Shown one piece after another: positions 56,264 to 64,000 of a stretch of DNA of 64,000 nucleotides. The notes below the pieces were generated by a model that saw nothing but the letters and a program-made list of their open reading frames with translations, was not told the origin of the DNA and searched no databases. This DNA comes from Anaerolineaceae bacterium (GTDB lineage Bacteria > Chloroflexota > Anaerolineae > Anaerolineales > Anaerolineaceae). A program made the position numbers and the translations under genes. The stretch covers positions 8,661 through 72,660 of the forward strand of contig JBEKEX010000002.1 of assembly GCA_050013615.1 (NCBI GenBank), in the 5' to 3' direction. Each line of letters opens with the position of its first letter. Positions within the stretch are counted from its first letter, which is position 1.

Positions 56264-58798
56264 TCAACTCCGCAGCTTCGCACCCAATTCCTGTTCCAAC
56301 CGTTTCACGATCTTATTGCGGATCTGGGCAACCTCGGCATCCGTCAACGTGCGGTCGAGCGCCTGATAAGTCAAATTGTAAGCCATACTCTTCTTCCCAG
56401 CGCCAATCTGAATGCCGCGGAAAATGTCGAACAAGCGCACGTCGGCCAGCATCTTGCCGCCCGTCTGCCGGATCAACCCCTCGATGTGCTCGTTGGGGAG
56501 CGACTCATCGACCACCACGGCGATATCCTCTTTGACCGGCGGGAAAGTGGGTACACTTTCAGTAGGATAAGCCTTTGGCACCAATGCCAACAGCGCTTCC
56601 AGGTCAAAGTCGGCTGCCAGGATGGGCGCCGGGCCAAAATCGAAGCGCTCCTTCACCTGCGGATGGAGTTCTCCGAAGACACCGACCACCTGCTCTCCTA
56701 CCAACACCTGGGCACTTTTACCGGGATGGAAGACGATGCCCTCGACCGATTGGTAATGCACATCGGGAACATGCAGTGCATCCAGCAGGGCTTCCACCAC
56801 CCCTTTCAAATCGAAGAAATCCATAGTCTTCGTCTCGTGCACGTCCCAGGCCGGCAATTCCCGCACACCGCTCAACGCCAACACCAGGCGGTTCTGCTCG
56901 ACAGGCAAGTCCTGACCATCAACCGGCAGGAAGACCGGGCCGATCTCGAAGAACGCCAGCCGGTCGCACAGGCGGATGTTCTTTTCCAGCACTTCCAGCA
57001 CCGAGGAAAGCAGGCTGCGGCGCATGACACTGCGCTCCGGTGTCAGCGGGTTCTGCAACATGACGTAAGGCTGCGCGACCGCAGTCTGGCCGGGTGGCGT
57101 TAAACGGGCCTCGCGTTCCACAGCCGTAAGTCGGTAAGTGATGACCTCGGTCAAGCCTAACTGCGCCAGCAGGTCGCTCAAGCGGTCCTTCAATTCCGTT
57201 GCTGCATTGGGATGGGCGGGAGGCAAGCTGTCGGCCAGGCGCGTGGTGGGAATGTTGTCATAGCCATACAGGCGGGCGACTTCCTCCAAAAGGTCGGCTT
57301 TGCCGATGACACCCTCGCCGATATCGGTGCGGTGGGCGGGCGCGGTAACCTCGACTGAATCACCTTTTACCTTGCAAACGAACTCCAGCTTGCCGAGCAG
57401 GTCGGCAATCTGCTGTGCCGAAAGCTCGATCCCCAAGGAACGGTGCACATCGACCGGGTTCAGCTCGACTGTCGGTTCATGATAGGGTTTGGGATAATTG
57501 TCCACCATCCCTTTGGCGATCTTCCCGCCGCTCCAGGCGGCCAGGCGATCCATCCCCAGCTCGATCCCTTCCATCGCCTGGGCAGGATGTAAGTTGCGGG
57601 CAAAGCGGTAAGCCGCTTCGGAATTCAGGCGCTGAGCCGAAGTCGTGCGGCGGATGTTGACGAAGTTCCAGGTTGCGCCTTCAAGCAGCACATTGTGCGT
57701 GTTTTCAGTGACCTCGCTCTCCATGCCGCCCATCACACCTGCCAGCGATAGGGCCCCCGCCGTGTCGCACACTAAAATCGTAAAGTCATCCAGGCGGCGG
57801 TCGACGCCATCCAGGGTGGTCAGTTGCTCACCCGGCTTGGCAGCGCGGGTGATGATGGTGGGAGCCTTGCCCTTGGCGCGCCGCACCAACACATCGTAAT
57901 CGAAGGCGTGCAGCGGCTCGCCGAGTTCCAGCATCACATAGTTGGTAGCATCCACGATACTGTTAATCGGGCGCATGCCGGCCAGGCGCAGCCGACGCTG
58001 GATCTTATACGGGCTGGGCTGTGGCTTGGCGTCCCGCACCAGGCCCACGGCAAAGCGCGGGTTCAGGTCAGGGTCAGTGATCTTAATGGACACCTGCCCC
58101 TCGATACTGGGCCCATCGACTGGCATGGTCCGCTCCGGCCGGTGCAAGGCTTTGCCGGTGACAGCCGCCAGCTCGCGTGCCACCCCCACCACGCAAGCAT
58201 TGCGGATCATGTTGGGCAGGATGGCAATCTCGAACACTGCATCGCCCATGTAATCCACCAACGGCATGCCGGTGGGCGCATCGTCATCCAGGATGATGAC
58301 ACCTTCGTGCTCTTCCGAGATGCCTAGCTCTTTTTCAGAGCAGACCATCGAGAAAGAATCCACGCCGCGGATCTTGGCCGGCTTGAGCGTGGTCAACACC
58401 TGTCCGGGTTGGTGGCCGTCATATAATTTGGCACCTTCGCGTGCATAAGCCACCTTGATCGGTTTGGGCAGCGGCCCCTTACCCTTATATTCAAAAAGAT
58501 TGGGGGCGCCGGTGAGCACGATAAGCTCGCCCGTGCCATCCTGCAGACGGCACAGCACCAGCCGGTCGGCATTGGGATGAGGCATCACCTCGTCGATTTG
58601 GGCCACCACGAACTTATCCCGAGCCCATTCCAACCCGGTGAACTTGAACTCCTGCGGCCCATCGGATTTCGGCATCGGCAGGCCGACCAGTCGGACTTCT
58701 TCGACCTCCAACCCCGCCATAGTCAATACACTCGCCAGTTTGTCCAGCGGCAGGTCGATATCCACATAATCTTTTAACCAGGAAAGTGGTAATTTCAT
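56264..58798 (-). CDS. pheT: Phenylalanine--tRNA ligase beta subunit
   Basis: It has MKLPLSWLKDYVDI at the N-terminus and is 844 aa. It lies directly downstream of pheS. Confidence 0.95.
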   Translation of the reverse strand: MKLPLSWLKDYVDIDLPLDKLASVLTMAGLEVEEVRLVGLPMPKSDGPQEFKFTGLEWARDKFVVAQIDEVMPHPNADRLVLCRLQDGTGELIVLTGAPNLFEYKGKGPLPKPIKVAYAREGAKLYDGHQPGQVLTTLKPAKIRGVDSFSMVCSEKELGISEEHEGVIILDDDAPTGMPLVDYMGDAVFEIAILPNMIRNACVVGVARELAAVTGKALHRPERTMPVDGPSIEGQVSIKITDPDLNPRFAVGLVRDAKPQPSPYKIQRRLRLAGMRPINSIVDATNYVMLELGEPLHAFDYDVLVRRAKGKAPTIITRAAKPGEQLTTLDGVDRRLDDFTILVCDTAGALSLAGVMGGMESEVTENTHNVLLEGATWNFVNIRRTTSAQRLNSEAAYRFARNLHPAQAMEGIELGMDRLAAWSGGKIAKGMVDNYPKPYHEPTVELNPVDVHRSLGIELSAQQIADLLGKLEFVCKVKGDSVEVTAPAHRTDIGEGVIGKADLLEEVARLYGYDNIPTTRLADSLPPAHPNAATELKDRLSDLLAQLGLTEVITYRLTAVEREARLTPPGQTAVAQPYVMLQNPLTPERSVMRRSLLSSVLEVLEKNIRLCDRLAFFEIGPVFLPVDGQDLPVEQNRLVLALSGVRELPAWDVHETKTMDFFDLKGVVEALLDALHVPDVHYQSVEGIVFHPGKSAQVLVGEQVVGVFGELHPQVKERFDFGPAPILAADFDLEALLALVPKAYPTESVPTFPPVKEDIAVVVDESLPNEHIEGLIRQTGGKMLADVRLFDIFRGIQIGAGKKSMAYNLTYQALDRTLTDAEVAQIRNKIVKRLEQELGAKLRS

Positions 58799-58828
58799 AG
58801 TTCCTCAAATACCATCTCTAAAAAGCAC

Positions 58829-59869
58829 TCAGAACTGTTCCAAAAATCGCACGTCGTTGCCCCAGAAATAGCGGATGTCCTCGATACGATGGCGCAGCAT
58901 GGAAATGCGCTCGGGGCCCATGCCGGCCGCGAAGCCGGAATAGACTTCGGGGTCATAGCCGCCGTTGCGCAACACCGTTGGGTGCACCATGCCGCAGCCC
59001 AGGATCTCCAGCCAGCCGGCGCCCTTGCACACAGCGCAACCCTTGCCGCCGCAGACGAAGCATTCGATGTCCATCTCGGCGCTCGGCTCGGTGAACGGGA
59101 AGTAGGATGGGCGGAAGCGCGTGCGCACGGTATCGCCGTACATGCGGCGGGCAAAATCCAACAGCGTGCCTTTCAAGTCGGCAAAGGTGATGTTCTTGCC
59201 AACCGCTAACAGCTCCACCTGGGTGAACTGGTTCTCGTGGCGGGCGTCGGTCTGCTCATAGCGATAGCACATACCCGGCAAAGCCACGCGGATGGGTTCC
59301 GGTGCATACTTGCGCATGACGTGGATCTGCCCCGGCGAGGTGTGCGTACGCAGGATGACCCCCGGCTTGGTGGTGTGAAAGGTATCCCACATGTCGCGGG
59401 CGGGGTGATAGGCCGGAATATTGAGCAGCTCGAAATTATACTCGTCCGTCTCCACGTCGCGGGCGTGGAAGGTCTGGAAGCCCATTTCAGCCAGTACGGC
59501 AAGGATATCGCGCATGGTGCGCGTTTGGATGTGCAGCCTGCCCGGCGCCGGGCGCCGCCCCGGAAGGGTTACATCCAGGTTTTCGCTTTCCAGGCTATGC
59601 TGCAACGAGCGGGTTTTTAATTCGGCACTTTTCTCGGCAAAGGCGGCTTCCAAGGCTTGCTTCACCTGATTGGCGCGTTGCCCCACCTGCGGGCGCAATT
59701 CCTTGGCCACCTCCGGCAGTTGGTTGAATACCTGCATTACCGGGGCGCTGCGGCCGATGTGGGCCGTGCGCCAGCTCTGCAGGCTGGCCTCATCATGCGC
59801 TCTGGCCAATGCCTCCTGGGCTGCCTGAAGCATCTGTTCCAACTCATCCAAAATTGTTTCACTGCTCAT
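58829..59869 (-). CDS. pheS: Phenylalanine--tRNA ligase alpha subunit
   Basis: It has the class II motifs YFPFTEPSAEMDI and LGCGMVHP. The ATG at 59869 is preceded by ggaggtg. The track start at 60043 lies inside the T-box leader and is rejected. Confidence 0.95.
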   Translation of the reverse strand: MSSETILDELEQMLQAAQEALARAHDEASLQSWRTAHIGRSAPVMQVFNQLPEVAKELRPQVGQRANQVKQALEAAFAEKSAELKTRSLQHSLESENLDVTLPGRRPAPGRLHIQTRTMRDILAVLAEMGFQTFHARDVETDEYNFELLNIPAYHPARDMWDTFHTTKPGVILRTHTSPGQIHVMRKYAPEPIRVALPGMCYRYEQTDARHENQFTQVELLAVGKNITFADLKGTLLDFARRMYGDTVRTRFRPSYFPFTEPSAEMDIECFVCGGKGCAVCKGAGWLEILGCGMVHPTVLRNGGYDPEVYSGFAAGMGPERISMLRHRIEDIRYFWGNDVRFLEQF

Positions 59870-60198
59870 GTCACCTCCAAAAATAGCAGACGGCTTACCG
59901 TCGATAAAGCCATTAAAAAAATCCCATCCCAACACTGGGACGGGAATTTCTCCGTGGTACCACCCAATTTGGCTGCACGAGGCAGCCCACTCAACCCAAC
60001 AGCCATAATAACAGCGATTGGCGGCACTTCTAACGCGGCGCACGCGGCCCAGACTACTAACTCGAACAGAGCATTCCCCTGGACAGCTCGAAAGGGAACT
60101 TCTTCCGGTTTATCACCCGGCAAGGGTCTCAATCACTGCCCCTGCCTCCCTGTTGGCCAACCCCGGCGTACTTTCCTTCGTCAAAGCTTTTGATTGTT
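59870..60198 (-). promoter_or_regulatory. T-box riboswitch leader of pheST
   Basis: The minus strand reads AAAUUGGGUGGUACCACGG (forward 59952-59970). This matches the conserved T-box core (..GGGUGGUACCgCG). It is immediately followed by the terminator hairpin ucccgucccagug-uugggauggga plus UUUUUUU (forward 59914-59945). Confidence 0.8.
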
Positions 60199-60205
60199 GT
60201 TTTCA

Positions 60206-60233
60206 ATTATCGTCAAATCGAGCAAAATGTCAA
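60206..60233 (-). promoter_or_regulatory. Sigma70-like promoter of the pheST leader
   Basis: On the minus strand there is TTGACA (60233-60228), a 16-nt spacer and GATAAT (60211-60206). Confidence 0.55.
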
Positions 60234-60425
60234 GGAAGCTCTTTGACCAAGAAATGATGTATTTCCAATCCAAACCCCATTAATTACGTCATCTTTGGAA
60301 AATAATAATGGGATTACGGCATTAAAAGATGTTAAGTGGTTGTAAAGTACACAGTAAGCGAATCCTGTTAAAATGATATTGAACGTAATTAGTGAACATC
60401 ATATATTTCGAAAGGAGATATCATC

Positions 60426-60572
60426 ATGTTATTCGCACCGAAAGAAAAAGGACAAGGCTTGGTGGAGTATGCGCTGATCCTTGTGCTGGTCGCCGTAGTC
60501 GTGATCGTTATCCTCGCACTGCTGGGACCCGCCATCGGCAAGATCTTCAGTGGTATCACTCAATCCATCTAA
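60426..60572 (+). CDS. flp: Flp/Fap family type IVb pilin precursor, copy 1 (48 aa)
   Basis: It is not in the ORF track because it is under 60 aa. It translates to MLFAPKEKGQGLVEYALILVLVAVVVIVILALLGPAIGKIFSGITQSI*. It has the G/xxxxEY Flp processing motif plus a hydrophobic helix. The RBS aaaggag precedes the start. Confidence 0.85.
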   Translation: MLFAPKEKGQGLVEYALILVLVAVVVIVILALLGPAIGKIFSGITQSI

Positions 60573-60586
60573 GGCCTAATTGCCTA

Positions 60587-60625
60587 CCAACCACAAGGCT
60601 CCCCTAACGGAGCCTTGTTGGTTAA
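60587..60625 (+). terminator. Hairpin after flp copy 1
   Basis: The stem is ccaaccacaaggctcc / ggagccttgttggtt. Confidence 0.55.
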
Positions 60626-60787
60626 AGGGTGTATGTCAGAACCCTTTTGGTGAAAATAAGGTTGATCGTTTCTGTTTACTCCGTATGAAAGATGTAAAGT
60701 GTTTGTAAGTGCAAAATCGGTTGGGCTCTGATACAATAAGTGCAGGTGTATTAGAGTTAGATCACATTTTTCGAAAGGAGATATCAT

Positions 60788-60934
60788 ATGTTATTCGCAC
60801 CGAAGGAAAAAGGACAAGGCTTGGTGGAGTACGCGCTGATCCTTGTGCTGGTCGCCGTAGTCGTGATCGTTATCCTCGCACTGCTGGGACCCGCTATCGG
60901 CAAGATCTTCAGTGGCATCACTGAATCCATCTAA
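60788..60934 (+). CDS. flp: Flp/Fap family type IVb pilin precursor, copy 2 (48 aa)
   Basis: It translates to MLFAPKEKGQGLVEYALILVLVAVVVIVILALLGPAIGKIFSGITESI*. It differs from copy 1 at 5 nt and 1 aa (Q46E). The RBS context ttcgaaaggagatatcat is the same. Confidence 0.85.
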   Translation: MLFAPKEKGQGLVEYALILVLVAVVVIVILALLGPAIGKIFSGITESI

Positions 60935-60951
60935 AGCCAAGTTGTTCAATC

Positions 60952-60986
60952 AAAGAGGCTCCGTTTTGCGGAGCCTCTTTCGTTTT
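60952..60986. terminator. Bidirectional terminator between flp copy 2 and pyrH
   Basis: The stem aaagaggctcc / ggagcctcttt is followed by cgtttt. Confidence 0.65.
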
Positions 60987-61011
60987 AATAATGCTGTTCG
61001 CCCAACAAACG

Positions 61012-61740
<729 letters not shown>

Positions 61741-61814
61741 TTATTCCAAATCCCATAGCCAACGTCAGAGGCCAATTCATCACATCCGTTTCGCTGCATC
61801 ATCCTCATTTTATA

Positions 61815-61845
61815 ATAAAAAAGCCAACCGATTGGTTGGCTTTTG
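61815..61845 (-). terminator. Intrinsic terminator after tsf
   Basis: The stem agccaacc / ggttggct has an A-run on the forward strand, which is a U-run on the minus-strand transcript. Confidence 0.6.
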
Positions 61846-61849
61846 ACAC

Positions 61850-62467
61850 TTATTCTGCGGTCTCTTCTTTGGTTGTTTCACCCAATGCCCAACGCGCAAA
61901 ACGCCGGACGACCACATTTTCACCCAGGGCAACGACCTTCTGGTTAATGAGCTGCTGCACATTGATGGTTTCGTCGCGGATGTAGGGTTGTCGCAGCAGG
62001 ACCGTCTCATCTTTATATTTGTTGAGCGAGCCTTCCACTATGCGGGCAACGACTTCATCCGGTTTCTTCTCTTCGTGCGCCTTGGCCTCGGCGATCTGGC
62101 TCTCGTGTGCGATCACTTCGGCAGGAATGTCTTCCTCGCGGATGTAAAGCGGTGAGGTGGCTGCGATCTGCAGTGCCAGTTCGTGCGCCAGGGTGCGGAA
62201 GGCTTCCGAGCGGCCGACGAAATCGGTCTCGCTGTTGATCTCGACCATCACGCCCACCCGTCCGTTACCGTGCGAATAGAGCTCGACCACCCCTTCCGAA
62301 GCCTGCCGGTTGGCACGCTTGGCAGCCATGGCAAGGCCTTTCTCGCGCAGCACGTCGATTGCCTTTTGCATGTCGCCATCAGCGGCTTCCAGCGCTTTGC
62401 GGCAATCCAAAATGCCAGCACCGGTGGTCTCGCGTAATTGTTTGATCATCTCAGTTGTAATCACCAT
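61850..62467 (-). CDS. tsf: Translation elongation factor Ts (short form)
   Basis: It contains MIKQLRETTGAGILDCRKALEAADGDMQKAIDVLREKG and is 205 aa. Confidence 0.95.
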   Translation of the reverse strand: MVITTEMIKQLRETTGAGILDCRKALEAADGDMQKAIDVLREKGLAMAAKRANRQASEGVVELYSHGNGRVGVMVEINSETDFVGRSEAFRTLAHELALQIAATSPLYIREEDIPAEVIAHESQIAEAKAHEEKKPDEVVARIVEGSLNKYKDETVLLRQPYIRDETINVQQLINQKVVALGENVVVRRFARWALGETTKEETAE

Positions 62468-62497
62468 CTCAGTTACCCTTTTCTATGCGGTGCCAGC

Positions 62498-63622
62498 TCA
62501 GTCCGCCTTTGATTTCTTTTCTTTCTTAGGTTTCTCGTCTTTTTTCACAGCGGCTTCTTTGACTTCCGCCTTTGCCTTCTTCACCGGTTTCTCTTCTGCG
62601 GCAGGCTTTGCTTTTTTCACCGGCTTCTCTTCTTCAACCGGCTTGGCTTTTTTGGCGGGTTTGACTTTCTCTTTTGTCTTGACTTCTTCGACGACCGCTA
62701 CGGGTTCGGGTTCAGGTTGGGGTTCGGCCGCGGCTTCTACCGCAACTTCCTCTGCCTTCACTTCCTCTACCTTGACTTCTTCAACTTCGACCTTACTTTC
62801 ACTCATCTTGGCCAGGGTGGATTCACCCAGGAGGACAGAATCGGAGATCTCGACGTCTTCTTCGACGCGGGCACGTGGACCGGCCAGCAATCCAACTTCA
62901 CCGCCTTCTGCAGCTTCCGGCTCTTCCTCTTCCTTGCGCATGGCTTTGCCTTCCAGGCAGGCATCCGCAATCTTGCCGACCAGCAGCTTGATGGCGCGGA
63001 TGGCATCGTCGTTGGAGGGGATGACAAAATCGATGGCAGAAGGATCACAATTAGTATCCACCAGGGCGATGACCGGGATGCCTTTCAAGTTGGCTTCATG
63101 CACTGCTGTGGCCTCACGCAATACATCCACCACAAAGAGCAACTCGGGCAACTTCTTCATCTTGCGTACACCGCTCAAACGGATCTCGAGGCGGTTGATC
63201 TCACGCTCGATCAGCAGGCCTTCCTTTTTGGTCAGACGCTTGATGTCGCCTGTGTCGCGTATTTTCTCCAGCCGTTCGAGCTCAAGGATGCGCTGATAGA
63301 TGGTGGACCAGTTGGTCAGCATACCGCCCAGCCAGCGTTCGGTGACGTAGGGCATGCCGGCGCGCATGGCCTCTTCCTTGATGGTCTCCTGTGCCTGGCG
63401 CTTGGTGCCAACGAACATCACACTACCGTCCCCGGCCACGGTGTCGCGTACCAGGTTGTAGGCGTTGGTGATGGCTTTGACGGTTTGTTGCAAGTCGATG
63501 ATATGGATGCCATTGCGCTCGGTGAAGATGTAAGGGCGCATGTGCGGGTCCCATTTGTTGGTGCGATGGCCGAAATGCACACCACTCTCCAACAGGGCTT
63601 TCATGGAAATGACAGTACTCAT
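62498..63622 (-). CDS. rpsB: 30S ribosomal protein S2 with a ~145-aa charged C-terminal extension
   Basis: It contains [27 protein letters not shown] and is 374 aa in total. Residues after about 228 are E/K/A/V/P-rich low complexity. Confidence 0.95.
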   Translation of the reverse strand: MSTVISMKALLESGVHFGHRTNKWDPHMRPYIFTERNGIHIIDLQQTVKAITNAYNLVRDTVAGDGSVMFVGTKRQAQETIKEEAMRAGMPYVTERWLGGMLTNWSTIYQRILELERLEKIRDTGDIKRLTKKEGLLIEREINRLEIRLSGVRKMKKLPELLFVVDVLREATAVHEANLKGIPVIALVDTNCDPSAIDFVIPSNDDAIRAIKLLVGKIADACLEGKAMRKEEEEPEAAEGGEVGLLAGPRARVEEDVEISDSVLLGESTLAKMSESKVEVEEVKVEEVKAEEVAVEAAAEPQPEPEPVAVVEEVKTKEKVKPAKKAKPVEEEKPVKKAKPAAEEKPVKKAKAEVKEAAVKKDEKPKKEKKSKAD

Positions 63623-63936
63623 GATTTCTCCTTAGCGTTTTTCCGCCGCTTCCTTCATTCCAGCCTACCACTGCCTGATAGCAGCACGCCAGGTTGGTCG
63701 AGAAGCGTGTGGGTTAGATTTGCCGGCCTCAGTGAGACACAGCGGGCAATAGTATATCACATCCGGTGAAGATTCGTCCAGCGGATTCTGCGCAGGGTAA
63801 CATTTATCTTGAGGCCGCGTTCTCATTCGGTGGCATTTTCCTATGAAGCATCGCAAATTATTATTTCTGAAAAATAACACATGCTCACGAAGTCATGCCA
63901 TAATATTATAGATTGGCATATTGATTGGTAAATGAA

Positions 63937-64000
63937 ATGAATAATACAATAACTATTGGTCTGATCGCGGCAATGTCCCAGGAGAGTGATGCGCTCCTGC
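63937..64000 (+). CDS. 5' fragment of a gene, possibly of the MTA/SAH nucleosidase (PNP_UDP_1) family. It continues beyond the window.
   Basis: Only 21 codons are visible, MNNTITIGLIAAMSQESDALL. They weakly resemble MtnN N-termini (IGIIGAMxxE). Confidence 0.3.
   Translation, partial: MNNTITIGLIAAMSQESDALL

Noticed and set aside
63623-63936. The rpsB upstream leader, as a structured autoregulatory RNA
   Set aside because: No recognisable conserved motif or clear promoter was found by eye. A covariance-model search would be needed, so I make no claim.

Overview
This is a 64-kb bacterial chromosomal window with about 60 genes, densely coded on both strands. I recognised no rRNA, tRNA, CRISPR array, transposase or integrase. 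The taxon cannot be established from sequence alone. A T-box leader, Flp pilins, a 4-subunit 2-oxoacid:ferredoxin oxidoreductase and Wzm/Wzt suggest an anaerobic or facultative monoderm-like lineage, possibly Chloroflexota/Anaerolineae-like, but that is an unverified guess.

Layout:
- 1-5.9 kb: cell-surface genes. These are a huge cadherin-repeat protein running off the left edge, a membrane-anchored TIM-barrel glycosidase-like protein and a membrane-anchored WD40 protein.
- 6.2-10.6 kb: a CFA-synthase-family methyltransferase and a delta-alpha-beta-gamma 2-oxoacid:ferredoxin oxidoreductase operon.
- 10.6-28.3 kb: an AT-richer envelope and accessory block bracketed by a ~285-bp imperfect direct repeat. 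It holds Wzt/Wzm, a methyltransferase, a mirror-image duplication of [lipoprotein solute-binding protein + stand-alone A-T-TE NRPS-like synthetase], a NitT/TauT-type ABC ATPase and permease, and GT4, GT2 (polyprenyl-phosphate type) and GT-C glycosyltransferases.
- 28.3-41 kb: an AT-rich carbohydrate island. It holds a SorC regulator, galactitol-type PTS IIB/IIA/IIC, four aldolases of three fold classes, an SDR, a GH4 phospho-glycosidase and a PfkB kinase.
- 41-56 kb: DegV, MarR plus a heterodimeric ABC exporter, a large GAF/PAS HD-GYP sensor, an Lgt-like protein, a split CN-hydrolase/NadE pair, an MFS transporter and a second GT-C-like protein.
- 56-64 kb: pheT and pheS with a T-box leader, two tandem 48-codon Flp pilin genes missed by the ORF track, pyrH, tsf, and rpsB with a long charged tail.

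The most unusual candidate system is the duplicated SBP + A-T-TE module. One copy is embedded in an ABC importer operon, and both adenylation domains lack the alpha-amino-binding Asp.
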